In this document: positions 10,285-20,519 of the stretch, one piece after another
Layout: the number at the start of each line of letters is the position of its first letter
Position numbering within the stretch: the first letter of the stretch is position 1
Assembly: GCA_963662265.2 (NCBI GenBank)
Contig: CAXXHA010000001.1
Span: 32,001 to 96,000, forward strand
From: Spirochaetia bacterium
Lineage (GTDB): Bacteria > Spirochaetota > Spirochaetia > CADAEX01
Direction of reading: 5' to 3'
DNA length: 64,000 nt
Program-made: the position numbers and the translations under genes
The notes under the pieces: model-generated
The model's database searches: none
What the model saw: only the letters and a program-made list of their open reading frames with translations
Told to the model about the DNA's origin: nothing

Positions 10285-10992
10285 CTACTGCTCCTGTTCT
10301 TTTTTTATTATATCTTTGATAATTTTTCTGCTGTCTATATTGTTTCTGCTAATTAAGTAATCTGACGGAGAGTTGCAATATTCATGAATATTATCTGCAA
10401 TTAATGCGGTTATCATTCCTGCCTTTTTTGCACCTTCAATATCATGCTGGATCGAATCGCCAACAAATAAAGTATTCTCCGGATTTGATTTCATTTTCTG
10501 AAGTATATGTTTAAATACTTCAGTATCCGGTTTATAGATTCCTATTTCGCCGGATATTACTATCTCATCAAAGTATTTTACCAGTCCGGATTTCCGTATC
10601 CGGTCCATCTGTTCAGAAACATTATATGCATTAGTTAAAAGGCCTGTTTTGTAATTTCCCTGTAATGACTTCAGAAGATTTTCTACCCCTTCATATGGCC
10701 TGCAGTTATTAATAATACAGCTGCTGTAATTATTCAGATGTTCTTCAGAATACTCTATACCGAACTTCTCCAGAGCTCCTCTTAGCCGGTATTCATGCAT
10801 CTGTTGCGGATCAGCCTTATCTTTCTCTACAAGGGAATGGAATTTCATGATCTCGGAAACAGAAGTTTCTATAAACTCATCCTCGTCTATATCTTCATCA
10901 ATATTCAGGGCAAGCATTCTTAAGGCAAAAATATCTGTATTTATAAAATCCACAAGTGTTCCGTCAAAATCAAAAATTACAGTATCAATCAT
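10285..10992 (-). CDS. HAD-family hydrolase (YjjG-like)
   Basis: DFDGTL motif I, KP and GDSIQHDIEGA motifs. Confidence 0.85.
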   Translation of the reverse strand: MIDTVIFDFDGTLVDFINTDIFALRMLALNIDEDIDEDEFIETSVSEIMKFHSLVEKDKADPQQMHEYRLRGALEKFGIEYSEEHLNNYSSCIINNCRPYEGVENLLKSLQGNYKTGLLTNAYNVSEQMDRIRKSGLVKYFDEIVISGEIGIYKPDTEVFKHILQKMKSNPENTLFVGDSIQHDIEGAKKAGMITALIADNIHEYCNSPSDYLISRNNIDSRKIIKDIIKKEQEQ

Positions 10993-11026
10993 TTATCTAC
11001 ATCCATTTTTTAAAGTGCCGGATTTA

Positions 11027-11887
11027 TTATGTTATCCGGGCAAGGGCCTCTGCCCAAACTTCAAGAACAGCAGGTCTTTCCATAGGCTCAGTATGACAGC
11101 AGTGGGGAAGTGAAAAAACAGCCTGTTTTGCTATGGCCGGGACTTTCAGTATTTCCGGATTTTTTGATGCAAAACAGTTAAGTGCCTTGAGTCCGGGAGA
11201 AGCATCACATGTTAATGCAATCATATCAGGAGCTGCTTCGACAATTCCGGACAATCCCTCTACAACCCGGATAAAATGTGTCTCCTTATTTTCCTGGTCC
11301 GGTTCAATAAATTCCCCGACATTAAGGCATCTTGAAGGATTCAGTATCAGGTCATTGACGCCGCCTGCTTCTTCAACTAAAAGAAATTCCTTATCAAAGC
11401 CATTATTAGTCATTCCAAGAAGTACAAGTACTCTTTTATTCAGCTTTTCCGGAATAAGAGATGATGCTTTTTCAAGGTCTTTATTATATCTGTCAATATA
11501 TACCTGGGCTTTTCTTTCAACTCCAAGAGCTCTGCATGTTTCTTTTACAGAGTTTTCAACACCTTGAGTAAAATCTACAATCTCAACATCAAATCCCAGC
11601 TCTCTGATAAAATCCGCCCCCTTTGATGCATCAATTTCATCCTCATTATTATTTCTTTCCAGGAGAACTCTGCTTATCCCCATCTTTTTTGCGGTTCCGA
11701 AAAAAGCCTTGCTTTCAGCCCCGAGAACACAGGCTGTACACTCAATCTGGCGGGAAACAGGCATTTTTATTTCTATCATAGGAGTATGGGCTGTAGCCAT
11801 GAGACTGGGATGAAATCCCAGGAAACGGGCTGTATCAACAAGACGGTCTCCCAGAAGTGCTGTATTTATAAATTCTATTTTTTTCAC
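11027..11887 (-). CDS. Helical-backbone metal-receptor-like protein without signal peptide
   Basis: Collinear similarity to 47323-48279 (GDR, LG.P, IPAI...LP). GTG 11887 after AGGAG; no hydrophobic N-terminus. Confidence 0.6.
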   Translation of the reverse strand: MKKIEFINTALLGDRLVDTARFLGFHPSLMATAHTPMIEIKMPVSRQIECTACVLGAESKAFFGTAKKMGISRVLLERNNNEDEIDASKGADFIRELGFDVEIVDFTQGVENSVKETCRALGVERKAQVYIDRYNKDLEKASSLIPEKLNKRVLVLLGMTNNGFDKEFLLVEEAGGVNDLILNPSRCLNVGEFIEPDQENKETHFIRVVEGLSGIVEAAPDMIALTCDASPGLKALNCFASKNPEILKVPAIAKQAVFSLPHCCHTEPMERPAVLEVWAEALARIT

Positions 11888-11965
11888 AATTTTTCTCCTT
11901 ATATATTCAGACAGATGCTGTCTGTTTTCAATCAACAATCACCTGCAGAGCAGGCAGCTTTTGCT

Positions 11966-13591
11966 TCAGTAAAGCAGCTGTGTTTCTGCTTCAAAAATAT
12001 CAGCAGACTCAGCCAGTGTTCTTACATATTCATCATCCGGATTGTGAAATACCTCATCAACAGATCCGGCAGAAACAGCCTTGCCGTTTTTCATTACTAT
12101 TACATTGTGGCAGAAATTCTTCACAAGCTTCATATCATGCGTAATAAACATATAGCTGAGATCAAATTCAGACTGAAGCTTCGAAAGAAGCTCAAGAATT
12201 GTATACTGAAGCTGACTGTCTAGAGATGAGGTCGGTTCATCCAGAATAAGAAGCCGGGGTCTCATAACCAGCGCTCTTGCAATCGCAACCCTCTGCCTCT
12301 GTCCGCCGGAAAGCTCATGCGGCCACCTCATTGTATATGAATTATCAAGACCGACACAATCAAGCATATTGATGACAGTCTCATTCAGCTCTTTCCGGCT
12401 AAGGTGTGATTTTTTCGCAAGAGGACCTTCCATGATTATGTCGCCCACTGTCATCCTGGGATTAAGGCTTGCAAAAGGATCCTGAAATACGACCTGCATA
12501 GACTGTCTCAGACCGGATAATTCCTTATTATTAAGAGTCTTAAGCTCATTCCCGCTTACAAGTATTTTTCCTTCAAAAGGAAGTAATCCCAAAACTGCTT
12601 TTGCAAGAGTTGTCTTCCCGCTGCCTGATTCTCCCACAATTCCAAGCCGCTCCCCTCTCATAAGTTTTAATGAAAGATTATCAACAGCTTTTATCTCTCC
12701 CCTGGATTTCCTGAAAAGTGATTTTTTCATAAAGAAACTCACAGACAGATTTTCTACATCAAGGACAGTAGATGAACCTGAAAACGGCATCCTGCTTACA
12801 GGAGTCATGCTTAGGAGAGTTTTTGTATAGGGATGCTGCGGATCTTCAAGAACAGACCGGCAGCTGCCGCTTTCAACAACCTTTCCTTTTTCCATAACAT
12901 AGACAGTCTCAGCAATCCTGGCAACTGCCCGTAAATCATGACTTATCATCAGCACTGAAATATTCATGTTTTTCTGAAGATATTTCAGCAGCTTGAGAAT
13001 CTGGTTTGCAACAACAACATCAAGAGCAGTAGTAGGCTCATCAGCTATTACAAGTTCAGGATCATTAGCAAGCGCCATTGCAATCATAACCCGCTGCCTC
13101 TGTCCGCCGGAAAGCTGATGAGGATATGAAGCAAGCCTTTCCTCTGCCCGGTTAATTCCAACAAGCTCAAGAAGCTCAATAACTCTCTCCTTAAGTTTGC
13201 CGGGAGTTATTTTCCTGTGTACAGTAACAGCTTCAGATATCTGTTTTTCAACATTATGAAGAGGATTAAGACTGTTCATCGGCTCCTGGAAAATCATAGA
13301 AACCTTTCTGCCTCTTATCTCTCTCAGCATAGGATCATGCTGAATAATACGCTCACCATCAAAGATCACAGATCCTGACTTAACTTTTGCAACTTTGGGA
13401 AGAAGTCCCAGGACAGATCTTGCTGTAAGACTCTTACCTGAACCGGATTCTCCGACCAGTGCCGCGGTTTCACCCTTATCCAGAATCAGGGAGACATTAT
13501 CAACAGGTTTGACAACATCAGCTTTTCCGTTATCCGAAGGAGTCTCTATCTCTATACAGAGTTTTTCAATTTCAAGAAGAGCTCTTTTCAT
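11966..13591 (-). CDS. yejF: Peptide ABC transporter double ATPase (YejF-like)
   Basis: Two NBDs, GESGSGKS/T, YPHQLSGGQRQR, HPYTKTLL. Confidence 0.8.
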   Translation of the reverse strand: MKRALLEIEKLCIEIETPSDNGKADVVKPVDNVSLILDKGETAALVGESGSGKSLTARSVLGLLPKVAKVKSGSVIFDGERIIQHDPMLREIRGRKVSMIFQEPMNSLNPLHNVEKQISEAVTVHRKITPGKLKERVIELLELVGINRAEERLASYPHQLSGGQRQRVMIAMALANDPELVIADEPTTALDVVVANQILKLLKYLQKNMNISVLMISHDLRAVARIAETVYVMEKGKVVESGSCRSVLEDPQHPYTKTLLSMTPVSRMPFSGSSTVLDVENLSVSFFMKKSLFRKSRGEIKAVDNLSLKLMRGERLGIVGESGSGKTTLAKAVLGLLPFEGKILVSGNELKTLNNKELSGLRQSMQVVFQDPFASLNPRMTVGDIIMEGPLAKKSHLSRKELNETVINMLDCVGLDNSYTMRWPHELSGGQRQRVAIARALVMRPRLLILDEPTSSLDSQLQYTILELLSKLQSEFDLSYMFITHDMKLVKNFCHNVIVMKNGKAVSAGSVDEVFHNPDDEYVRTLAESADIFEAETQLLY

Positions 13592-14640
13592 CTTATTTCC
13601 TCACTGTACGGATCGATAGCATCTCTTATCCCTTCTCCGATAAAAATAAGAAATATCAGCTGAAGAGCAAGGACTGCAAATGCTGAAAGCCCTATCCAGG
13701 GAGCAGAAAGATACGCCTTCCCCTGAGCAAGAAGATCACCGAGTGACGGGGTGCCTGAAGGAAGCCCCAGCCCGAGAAAATCAAGAGATGAGAGTGATAC
13801 AATTGAACCGTTAACAACAAACGGAAGATATGTAACAGCTGCAACAACAGCATTTGGAAGAATATGCCTTATTATAATATTCCAGTCGCTTACTCCAAGA
13901 ACGCGGGCAGCTGTGACATATTCCATATTACGGCACCTGAGGAATTCCGCCCTCACTACTCCGACTAGCCCCATCCAGCTGAAGAGCAGCATTATTCCGA
14001 GAAGCATGAAGAATCCCGGAACTATAAAGCTTGAAAGAATAATAAGTATATAAGTTACCGGGATTCCTCCCCAGATCTCAATAAACCTCTGCCCTGCAAT
14101 ATCTACCCAGCCGCCCCTGTATCCGAGAAAAGCACCAACCAGTATTCCAACAACTGAAGATACAGCAGCAAGACATAATCCGAAAAAAACAGAAACCCTG
14201 TAACCGTATAATATTCTGGCAAATATATCTCTTCCCGATTCATCAGTGCCTAATATGTTTTCGAATGACGGAGGAGAGGGAAAAGGCCCTGCAGCTTCAA
14301 GATTGATTGTGTCATAGCTGAACCTTACAGGAGGCCAGATCATCCATCCTTTTTTATTAATAAGCTCCCTTACAAATGGATCCCTGTATTCCGCTTCTGT
14401 CTGGAAAACACCGCCGAAATAGCTTTCTGAATATTCATGTAAAGCAGGAAAAAGGATTTCCCCCTCAAAAGCTATTATAAGAGGGCGGTCATTTGCTATC
14501 AGTTCTGAAAAGAGAGAAAAAACAAAAAGAAATGCAAATATGTAAAAAGAGATCATTCCGCGGCGGTTTCGGGAAAATGACTGAATGCGTCTCTTCATCA
14601 TGCCTGCAGGTCTGAACCCTTTGCGTCTGTACTTAATCAT
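13588..14640 (-). CDS. yejE: Peptide ABC transporter permease (YejE-like)
   Basis: ELIANDRPL, WPPVRFSYDTIN, LGTDESGRD. Confidence 0.85.
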   Translation of the reverse strand: MIKYRRKGFRPAGMMKRRIQSFSRNRRGMISFYIFAFLFVFSLFSELIANDRPLIIAFEGEILFPALHEYSESYFGGVFQTEAEYRDPFVRELINKKGWMIWPPVRFSYDTINLEAAGPFPSPPSFENILGTDESGRDIFARILYGYRVSVFFGLCLAAVSSVVGILVGAFLGYRGGWVDIAGQRFIEIWGGIPVTYILIILSSFIVPGFFMLLGIMLLFSWMGLVGVVRAEFLRCRNMEYVTAARVLGVSDWNIIIRHILPNAVVAAVTYLPFVVNGSIVSLSSLDFLGLGLPSGTPSLGDLLAQGKAYLSAPWIGLSAFAVLALQLIFLIFIGEGIRDAIDPYSEEIR

Positions 14641-15707
14641 TATTTAATCCTGGATTCAAATGTTATTCTGGGATCAATTAGGGAATATGTAATATCGCTG
14701 ATAATCTGCATTCCAAGTCCAATAAGAGTTGAAATATAAAGATTTCCGAACATTACAGGAAAATCCCTCTGAACAGTTGCCTCAAATCCCATCAGACCCA
14801 GACCGTCAAGAGAAAACATTATCTCGATCATCATTGCGCCTGTAAAGAAAATACCGATAAAAGCAGCAGGAAATCCCGATATAACAATAAGCATTGCGTT
14901 ACGGAATACATGATGAAAAAGCACCTTTATCTCTGTTACCCCTTTTGCACGGGCTGTAACAACATAAAGCTTCCCAAGTTCATCAAGAAAACAGTTACGG
15001 GTCAGAAGAGTTAATCCTGCAAATCCTCCAACTGTCAATGCTGCCACAGGAAGAGTTATATGCCACAGGTAATCAAGGATACGTTTAAAAAAGGGAAGTT
15101 CTGATGCCCCCGGCGATGCAAGGCCCCTCAGAGGAAAAAGCTGAAGCCCGTCGCCCCCTGCAAATACTATTATAAGGAGCATTGCTGTTAGAAATGACGG
15201 AACTGCAGATGCTGTAACAACAATAAAAGAACTGTATGAATCGAAAGGAGTTCCTCTCTTTACAGCTTTCGCAATACCCAGCGGTATTGATATGCAGTAT
15301 ATAAGAAGAGTTGACCATAATCCAAGAGAAACAGAAACCGGTATTTTTTCCCGTATAAGTTCTATAACAGTCCTGTCCCGGAAAAAACTGTCTCCGAGAT
15401 CAAAACAGATATAGCTTTTAATCATCTGCAGATAACGCACATAAATCGGCTTGTCAAATCCGTAATAATGTTCAATTTCCTTAATCAGTTCAGGATCGAT
15501 TCCCTCTGCAGACTTTGACCTGTCGACAGTTTCCTCAGTCTGTCCTGTTGCTCTTTCCATATACCCGTTTGATTCTCCCTGCATACGGGCAATCATTGAT
15601 TCTACAGGTCCGCCGGGAGCAAGCTGAACAACAAAAAAATTTACAGTAAGTATTCCGATCAGTGTGGGGACTGCAAATGCCAGTCTTTTAGCTAAATAAC
15701 GGCGCAT
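14640..15707 (-). CDS. yejB: Peptide ABC transporter permease (YejB-like)
   Basis: VQLAPGGPVE, YGFDKP, FDLGDSFFRD. Confidence 0.85.
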   Translation of the reverse strand: MRRYLAKRLAFAVPTLIGILTVNFFVVQLAPGGPVESMIARMQGESNGYMERATGQTEETVDRSKSAEGIDPELIKEIEHYYGFDKPIYVRYLQMIKSYICFDLGDSFFRDRTVIELIREKIPVSVSLGLWSTLLIYCISIPLGIAKAVKRGTPFDSYSSFIVVTASAVPSFLTAMLLIIVFAGGDGLQLFPLRGLASPGASELPFFKRILDYLWHITLPVAALTVGGFAGLTLLTRNCFLDELGKLYVVTARAKGVTEIKVLFHHVFRNAMLIVISGFPAAFIGIFFTGAMMIEIMFSLDGLGLMGFEATVQRDFPVMFGNLYISTLIGLGMQIISDITYSLIDPRITFESRIK

Positions 15708-17542
15708 TAAAAATCCCCCTTTCCTGGTTCTGAATCAGCTTCAGTATCTGCTGCTATATGCGGTTCAGTTTCCGTTTCGCTGGCAGATCCGATAAACGGT
15801 TCAGCAAACAGTTCGTCATCCGCCCCTTTAAACCACCAGCTTTCCTCGCTGATCTCATAACATGCAGAGCTTTCAGGAAAAGCTATACAGTCCCTGAAAG
15901 CGATTTTATAATCTGTTGAAACACCTAAAGGGACAACATAATTACCGGACATGAGAAGTCTGTCGAGCTCCTGTGCATATTTACGAAGCTCATTTCTGCT
16001 TTGTGATGAGATTACAGCCTCGATAAGTCTGTCAGCCTCGGGATCTGACAAACCGATAAGGTTACGCCCTCCGCTGTCAGGCTGCGTATATTTTGAATGC
16101 CAGCTGAATGAGATTTCCATTCCCGGCCATAAACGCTGCCCATGTCCTGATGCAACTACATCATACCGGTAATTCTTTAGCCTGTTTATAAACTGCGAAG
16201 AATCGACAAGCTGAACAGTTGCAGTTATACCAAGCTGCTTCAATGAATTTATCCAAGGCTGGGCAAGTCTCTGCTTGTGGGTGGAATTTGTAAGTATACG
16301 GAATGTAAACGGGATCCCTTTATCATCTACAAGTCTTCCCTTTTCAACAGACCAACCTGCTTTTTCAAGGAGCCGGGATGCATTGATGAGTTTCTGCCTG
16401 CTATAAGGTGATCCTGAATATTTTCCATTATCCTTCAGCTCTGTATTGGGAAAAGCTGAAAGGTCTGAATTTGTGAAAAAACTGCTGCACTGAACATACT
16501 GGCTGTTAAGATAGTGCGTATTTATCCAGTCCCAGTCAAAGGCAAGCAGCAGTGCCTTTCTTACATCAGGATTATCAAAAGGCTTTCTTCGGATGTTGAA
16601 AAAAAATCCTTCAATACCCTGAGGCTTTAAATGCGGGATCTTAACAACAGAGATATCTGGCATCTTATTTATTGCTTTGATATTTTTGGAAGATGTGATC
16701 TCATGAATATCATAAAGACCTGCCTTGAATGCTTCCATAGCAACAGCGCTGTCCATAAAATACTCATATCTTATCCTGTCAAAATTATAAAGGTTTTTCC
16801 TTACCGGCAGGTCTTTTGCCCAGTAATCTTTTACCCTTTCATATACTATGTTTCTTCCCTGTTCAAAAGAGGCAATTCTGTAAGGACCGCTGCCTAAAGG
16901 GATTTCAAGCGTAGTGCTGTCAGTATCCCTCTTACCCCACCATTTTTCAGGATACACCTGCAGCGATGAAACTATAAGAGGCATTTCCCTTGGAGCATCC
17001 GCACTGAAGCGGAATTCTACCCTTCTGTCATCAAGAGCTTTTACTGATTCAACATGCCTGAAAAAGATCCTGATTGTATTTCCGAAATTATTAATCAGTG
17101 TCTCGAAAGAAAACACAACATCATGGGCAGTTATGCTGCTTCCGTCATGAAAGCTTGCATCAGGATGAATATTAAAGACAATACGCGACCTGTCTTTAGC
17201 AAGCTGCATGGATTCTGCTATAAGGCCGTATACAGTATAGGGCTCATCGGCAGACCTTACACAGAGCGAATCATCAGTAAGATAAAAAGCTGCGGAAGGT
17301 TTTCCCTTCATCGTAAAGGGATTGAAATTGTCGAATGTACCTAACGCATGCTTCCTGAGTTCACCTCCCTTGACAGCATTATCAGATGTATAATTAAAAG
17401 ATCTGAAGTCTGCTTCATATGCGGGAACATCTCCAAGTGACATAGCATGAACAGGCGGTTCGAGATTATCATCTGCATAAAGGTCTATTGAGATAAATAG
17501 TGTTAGAAATATTATTAGAATTCGGTGTGTTTTAAAAATCAT
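15707..17542 (-). CDS. yejA: Family 5 extracellular solute-binding protein (YejA-like)
   Basis: Signal peptide, GTFDNFNPF, PLGSGPY, DYWAKDLPV; acidic C-terminal tail. Confidence 0.85.
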   Translation of the reverse strand: MIFKTHRILIIFLTLFISIDLYADDNLEPPVHAMSLGDVPAYEADFRSFNYTSDNAVKGGELRKHALGTFDNFNPFTMKGKPSAAFYLTDDSLCVRSADEPYTVYGLIAESMQLAKDRSRIVFNIHPDASFHDGSSITAHDVVFSFETLINNFGNTIRIFFRHVESVKALDDRRVEFRFSADAPREMPLIVSSLQVYPEKWWGKRDTDSTTLEIPLGSGPYRIASFEQGRNIVYERVKDYWAKDLPVRKNLYNFDRIRYEYFMDSAVAMEAFKAGLYDIHEITSSKNIKAINKMPDISVVKIPHLKPQGIEGFFFNIRRKPFDNPDVRKALLLAFDWDWINTHYLNSQYVQCSSFFTNSDLSAFPNTELKDNGKYSGSPYSRQKLINASRLLEKAGWSVEKGRLVDDKGIPFTFRILTNSTHKQRLAQPWINSLKQLGITATVQLVDSSQFINRLKNYRYDVVASGHGQRLWPGMEISFSWHSKYTQPDSGGRNLIGLSDPEADRLIEAVISSQSRNELRKYAQELDRLLMSGNYVVPLGVSTDYKIAFRDCIAFPESSACYEISEESWWFKGADDELFAEPFIGSASETETEPHIAADTEADSEPGKGDF

Positions 17543-17637
17543 ATATAGTTTTCAATTCAGGTTGTTTTACCGATCATGGACAAAAAAATCTAAAGAATAT
17601 CACCAGCTGACAGCATGAAAACAACCTTTTTTTAAAA

Positions 17638-17666
17638 TCTTAAAGCCGGAAAACCCGGCTTTAAGA
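17638..17666. terminator. Hairpin between TBDR and yejA (terminator/attenuator)
   Basis: TCTTAAAGCCGG-N5-CCGGCTTTAAGA. Confidence 0.6.
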
Positions 17667-17673
17667 AATATTA

Positions 17674-19719
17674 CTAAAAGGATGCTGTGCAGGAGACTCT
17701 TACATCTCTTGCAGGACCTGTAGATCCCCTATAGGTTTCATATTCTTCATCAAAGATATTATTAACAGCAAGGTCTACCCTGTAATCAGCAGCAGATTTT
17801 TTTTCAGCTGTTTTCCACACCATACCAGCGCCATGAACATTGTAGGCATCATCAGAACCGCCCATTAAAGTATAATCACTTTCATCTACAAATTTAGATT
17901 TCCAGAAAAAAGCAAGACCTGCTTTTGGAACAGCAGCGCCAAGCCTCACAGTAACATTCTGGGGGACAGAACCTGTTTTTTTGTCTTTATCATCCTGATC
18001 TTCCCCTTTAATTATTCCATATGCAACATCTACAGAATAATTGCTTACCCTGATACCGGAATCAAGCTCAAAACCTGTTCTTTTAACTTCCCCTGTATTT
18101 ATATTTGTATATTCCATGATCCCGCCGTTCATAGTAAAATCAGGAGAAGCGCTTATAAAATCCTCAACAGTCTCTGTAAATACGACAGCTTTTGCCCTGA
18201 AGGCATCATCTTTTGTTATTATATTGTCAAATTTAAAACCAATACCTGCTTCATATGTTTTAGCTACTTCCGGATCAAGATCAGGATTCGCAACAACCCT
18301 GATAGGATAAGGAGCCCAATCCATCTCAAAATAAATCTCATCCATTGTAGGCGCCCTGAAAGTCTCAGCATATGATCCGTAAACATTGACCCATTCAAAA
18401 GGTGTCAGCTGCACAGCTATCTGGGGGGAGAGTCTTGATTCTTTCTGATCTTCAGCATCAAAAACAGATTCATTAGCTTCCCTTACATAATATGAATATC
18501 TTGCGGCAGGTATTATATGGACTTTGTCATAAATCCCCAGATCAAATCTCGCAAACGCACCAAGGTCTTTTGCATCTGCGTCAGGTCTTGATGAATCAGG
18601 ATTTCCCGCATCAGTTCCTTCCTGATGATCAAAAGAAGCATCTCCCCCTACTGTTATATCGTAGGTAACAGCTTCTACAAAAGCGCCTGAAAAATTATTA
18701 TAGGCATCTATTCCTATTGAATGGAAATCATCTTTGAGATCTCTTACTCCATTGTCATATTTATTAATCCGGTTCACATACTGGGAACTTAGATGAAAAT
18801 CAACAAGACCATTGTCTTCAAAAATATTATAAGAAAAATTTACTCTCTGCTGATCAGTACCGCACTCAACAGTACTTCCACATTTAAGAGCATCGTTTAA
18901 GACATTGAAAGATAATGAGAGGTCCTGGTCTTCATCAGGAAAAAGAGACAGCTTGGCAAGAGCAGAAACACTATTTCCGTCCCTCTCTACTGAATCGTTT
19001 TTTGAATCAGGACTGCTTGATTTATATTCTCCATAATTCCTTACAGAACCTGAATAAATAAAATCAGCATAATCTGACCTGCCGTAAACAGATACAACCT
19101 GTGTATATTCTTCCAGAGCCGAAGAATAACCGGAACGAAGAGAAACGCCTTTATTTTCACCCTCTTTAAGAAGATCAGCAGCATCTACTGTTTCCATTGT
19201 TATAACACCGCCGATACCCCCGCTGCCGTGAAGAACAGAAGCAGCTCCTCTGACAACTTCGACTTCCTTGATAAGCGATGGATCAATTGGAGCTGAACTT
19301 GCGCCGATACCGCTTGCAGCCTGATAAGTCTGTCTAACGCCGTCAACCTTCACTATTATTTCATCCTGATCGAGCCCTCTTAATGAATATCTTTCAATCG
19401 GACCTGCAGATGAATTGTCAAAATCCACATTCGGGATATCCTCAAGCAGATCCGCCATTGAAGTTGCCTGCGATCTTAGAATGTCTTCGTTATCAACAAC
19501 TACTGCAGAGTTTGCTGTATCAAAAGCTGTAGACTCGTCTCTTGTTGCAGCAACTATGATATTGTCAAGTTCCATCGGTTTCTCTTCGTTAACCGCTTCT
19601 TTTTTATCTTCTTCTTCCTTTATTTTATCTTCTGCATCCTGGGCCCATACCCCGTTTAAGCAGAAAAAAACAAGGAAAAGAACAGTAAAATTTTTAATAA
19701 CACTATCTTTTTTCAGCAT
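17674..19719 (-). CDS. TonB-dependent outer-membrane receptor, heme/hemoglobin-receptor-like
   Basis: Signal peptide, TonB box (DNIIVAAT), plug VEVVRGAASVLHGSGGIGGVI, FRAP and NPDL motifs, terminal Phe. Confidence 0.9.
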   Translation of the reverse strand: MLKKDSVIKNFTVLFLVFFCLNGVWAQDAEDKIKEEEDKKEAVNEEKPMELDNIIVAATRDESTAFDTANSAVVVDNEDILRSQATSMADLLEDIPNVDFDNSSAGPIERYSLRGLDQDEIIVKVDGVRQTYQAASGIGASSAPIDPSLIKEVEVVRGAASVLHGSGGIGGVITMETVDAADLLKEGENKGVSLRSGYSSALEEYTQVVSVYGRSDYADFIYSGSVRNYGEYKSSSPDSKNDSVERDGNSVSALAKLSLFPDEDQDLSLSFNVLNDALKCGSTVECGTDQQRVNFSYNIFEDNGLVDFHLSSQYVNRINKYDNGVRDLKDDFHSIGIDAYNNFSGAFVEAVTYDITVGGDASFDHQEGTDAGNPDSSRPDADAKDLGAFARFDLGIYDKVHIIPAARYSYYVREANESVFDAEDQKESRLSPQIAVQLTPFEWVNVYGSYAETFRAPTMDEIYFEMDWAPYPIRVVANPDLDPEVAKTYEAGIGFKFDNIITKDDAFRAKAVVFTETVEDFISASPDFTMNGGIMEYTNINTGEVKRTGFELDSGIRVSNYSVDVAYGIIKGEDQDDKDKKTGSVPQNVTVRLGAAVPKAGLAFFWKSKFVDESDYTLMGGSDDAYNVHGAGMVWKTAEKKSAADYRVDLAVNNIFDEEYETYRGSTGPARDVRVSCTASF

Positions 19720-19751
19720 TTTGCATATTTCCTTCTTAAAAGCTAATTTTT

Positions 19752-19801
19752 AATTAGATTAATCTAATTTTATTTGATTAATACAACTTAGAAGACATTA
19801 A
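19752..19801. promoter_or_regulatory. DtxR-type boxes upstream of TBDR-yej operon
   Basis: Perfect 18-bp palindrome AATTAGATTAATCTAATT (19752-19769), degenerate partner at +19 (19773), third site TTAG-AAGACA-TTAA (19788); TTGACA (minus) 19808-19813. Confidence 0.8.
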
Positions 19802-19965
19802 GAATATTGTCAATATATTTTAATATATTTTTATCGATTAAAATCGTGCAGTTTTGCTTTCCAGGCAAAATCATTACTGGCGGTTAAATTATCTGAAACA
19901 GTTTTACACAACCACGGATAAAAATATCATGAGTGTTTTATTATACAGGGGAATTCTAATATCAG

Positions 19966-20013
19966 AAAAAACGGCACAGTTATGGGAAACATAGATTTCC
20001 AACAGTGCCGTTT
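19966..20013 (-). terminator. Intrinsic terminator
   Basis: AAACGGCAC...GTGCCGTTT stem with a U-tract on the minus strand. Confidence 0.65.
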
Positions 20014-20028
20014 AAATAGCAGACACTA

Positions 20029-20508
20029 TCAGGGATTTGTTTTTTTCTGTTTTAATAATTTCGGCACTATAAAAACAGATAAAACAGCTGAAATTAAAAT
20101 AATAATCAACACAGGAACAGGGATAGGGATACCTGTCATATCAGATTTTTCAGGCTGCATGGATGATGCTTCAATATTTACAGTAAAGCCTTCGGGGGGC
20201 GGCGGACCATCCTTGACAACCTTATGACCCGGACCGCCATCAAAAACCAGATAATATGGTTCCTGGGGGATTTTAACTTCTATAATGCTTGTTTCCGGGA
20301 ATTTCTGCTGCACAAGCACCTTCCCTTCCAGTTTTGTCTTGACATAAAAATTCACACCTGCCGCGCCGGCGCTTGTAGAAAAACCTCCCTCAACAGTCAA
20401 AGTACCATCTTCATTATCTTCAATCATCATGAGCGGAGTGTGCGCGGAAAGAGGAGACAGTATAATGCTTAAAAATATTACCGTAAAAATATAAAAATAT
20501 TTTCTCAT
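20029..20508 (-). CDS. Exported protein, 'HTP...EDNxDG...GGFS...FDxGPGH' family, C-terminally anchored (paralog 1)
   Basis: Signal peptide ending LSA|HTPL; C-terminal TM + Lys; paralogs at 41929 and 46360; resembles NikL/CbiL-type accessory proteins. Confidence 0.75.
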   Translation of the reverse strand: MRKYFYIFTVIFLSIILSPLSAHTPLMMIEDNEDGTLTVEGGFSTSAGAAGVNFYVKTKLEGKVLVQQKFPETSIIEVKIPQEPYYLVFDGGPGHKVVKDGPPPPEGFTVNIEASSMQPEKSDMTGIPIPVPVLIIILISAVLSVFIVPKLLKQKKTNP

Positions 20509-20519
20509 AAGATTTTCAC

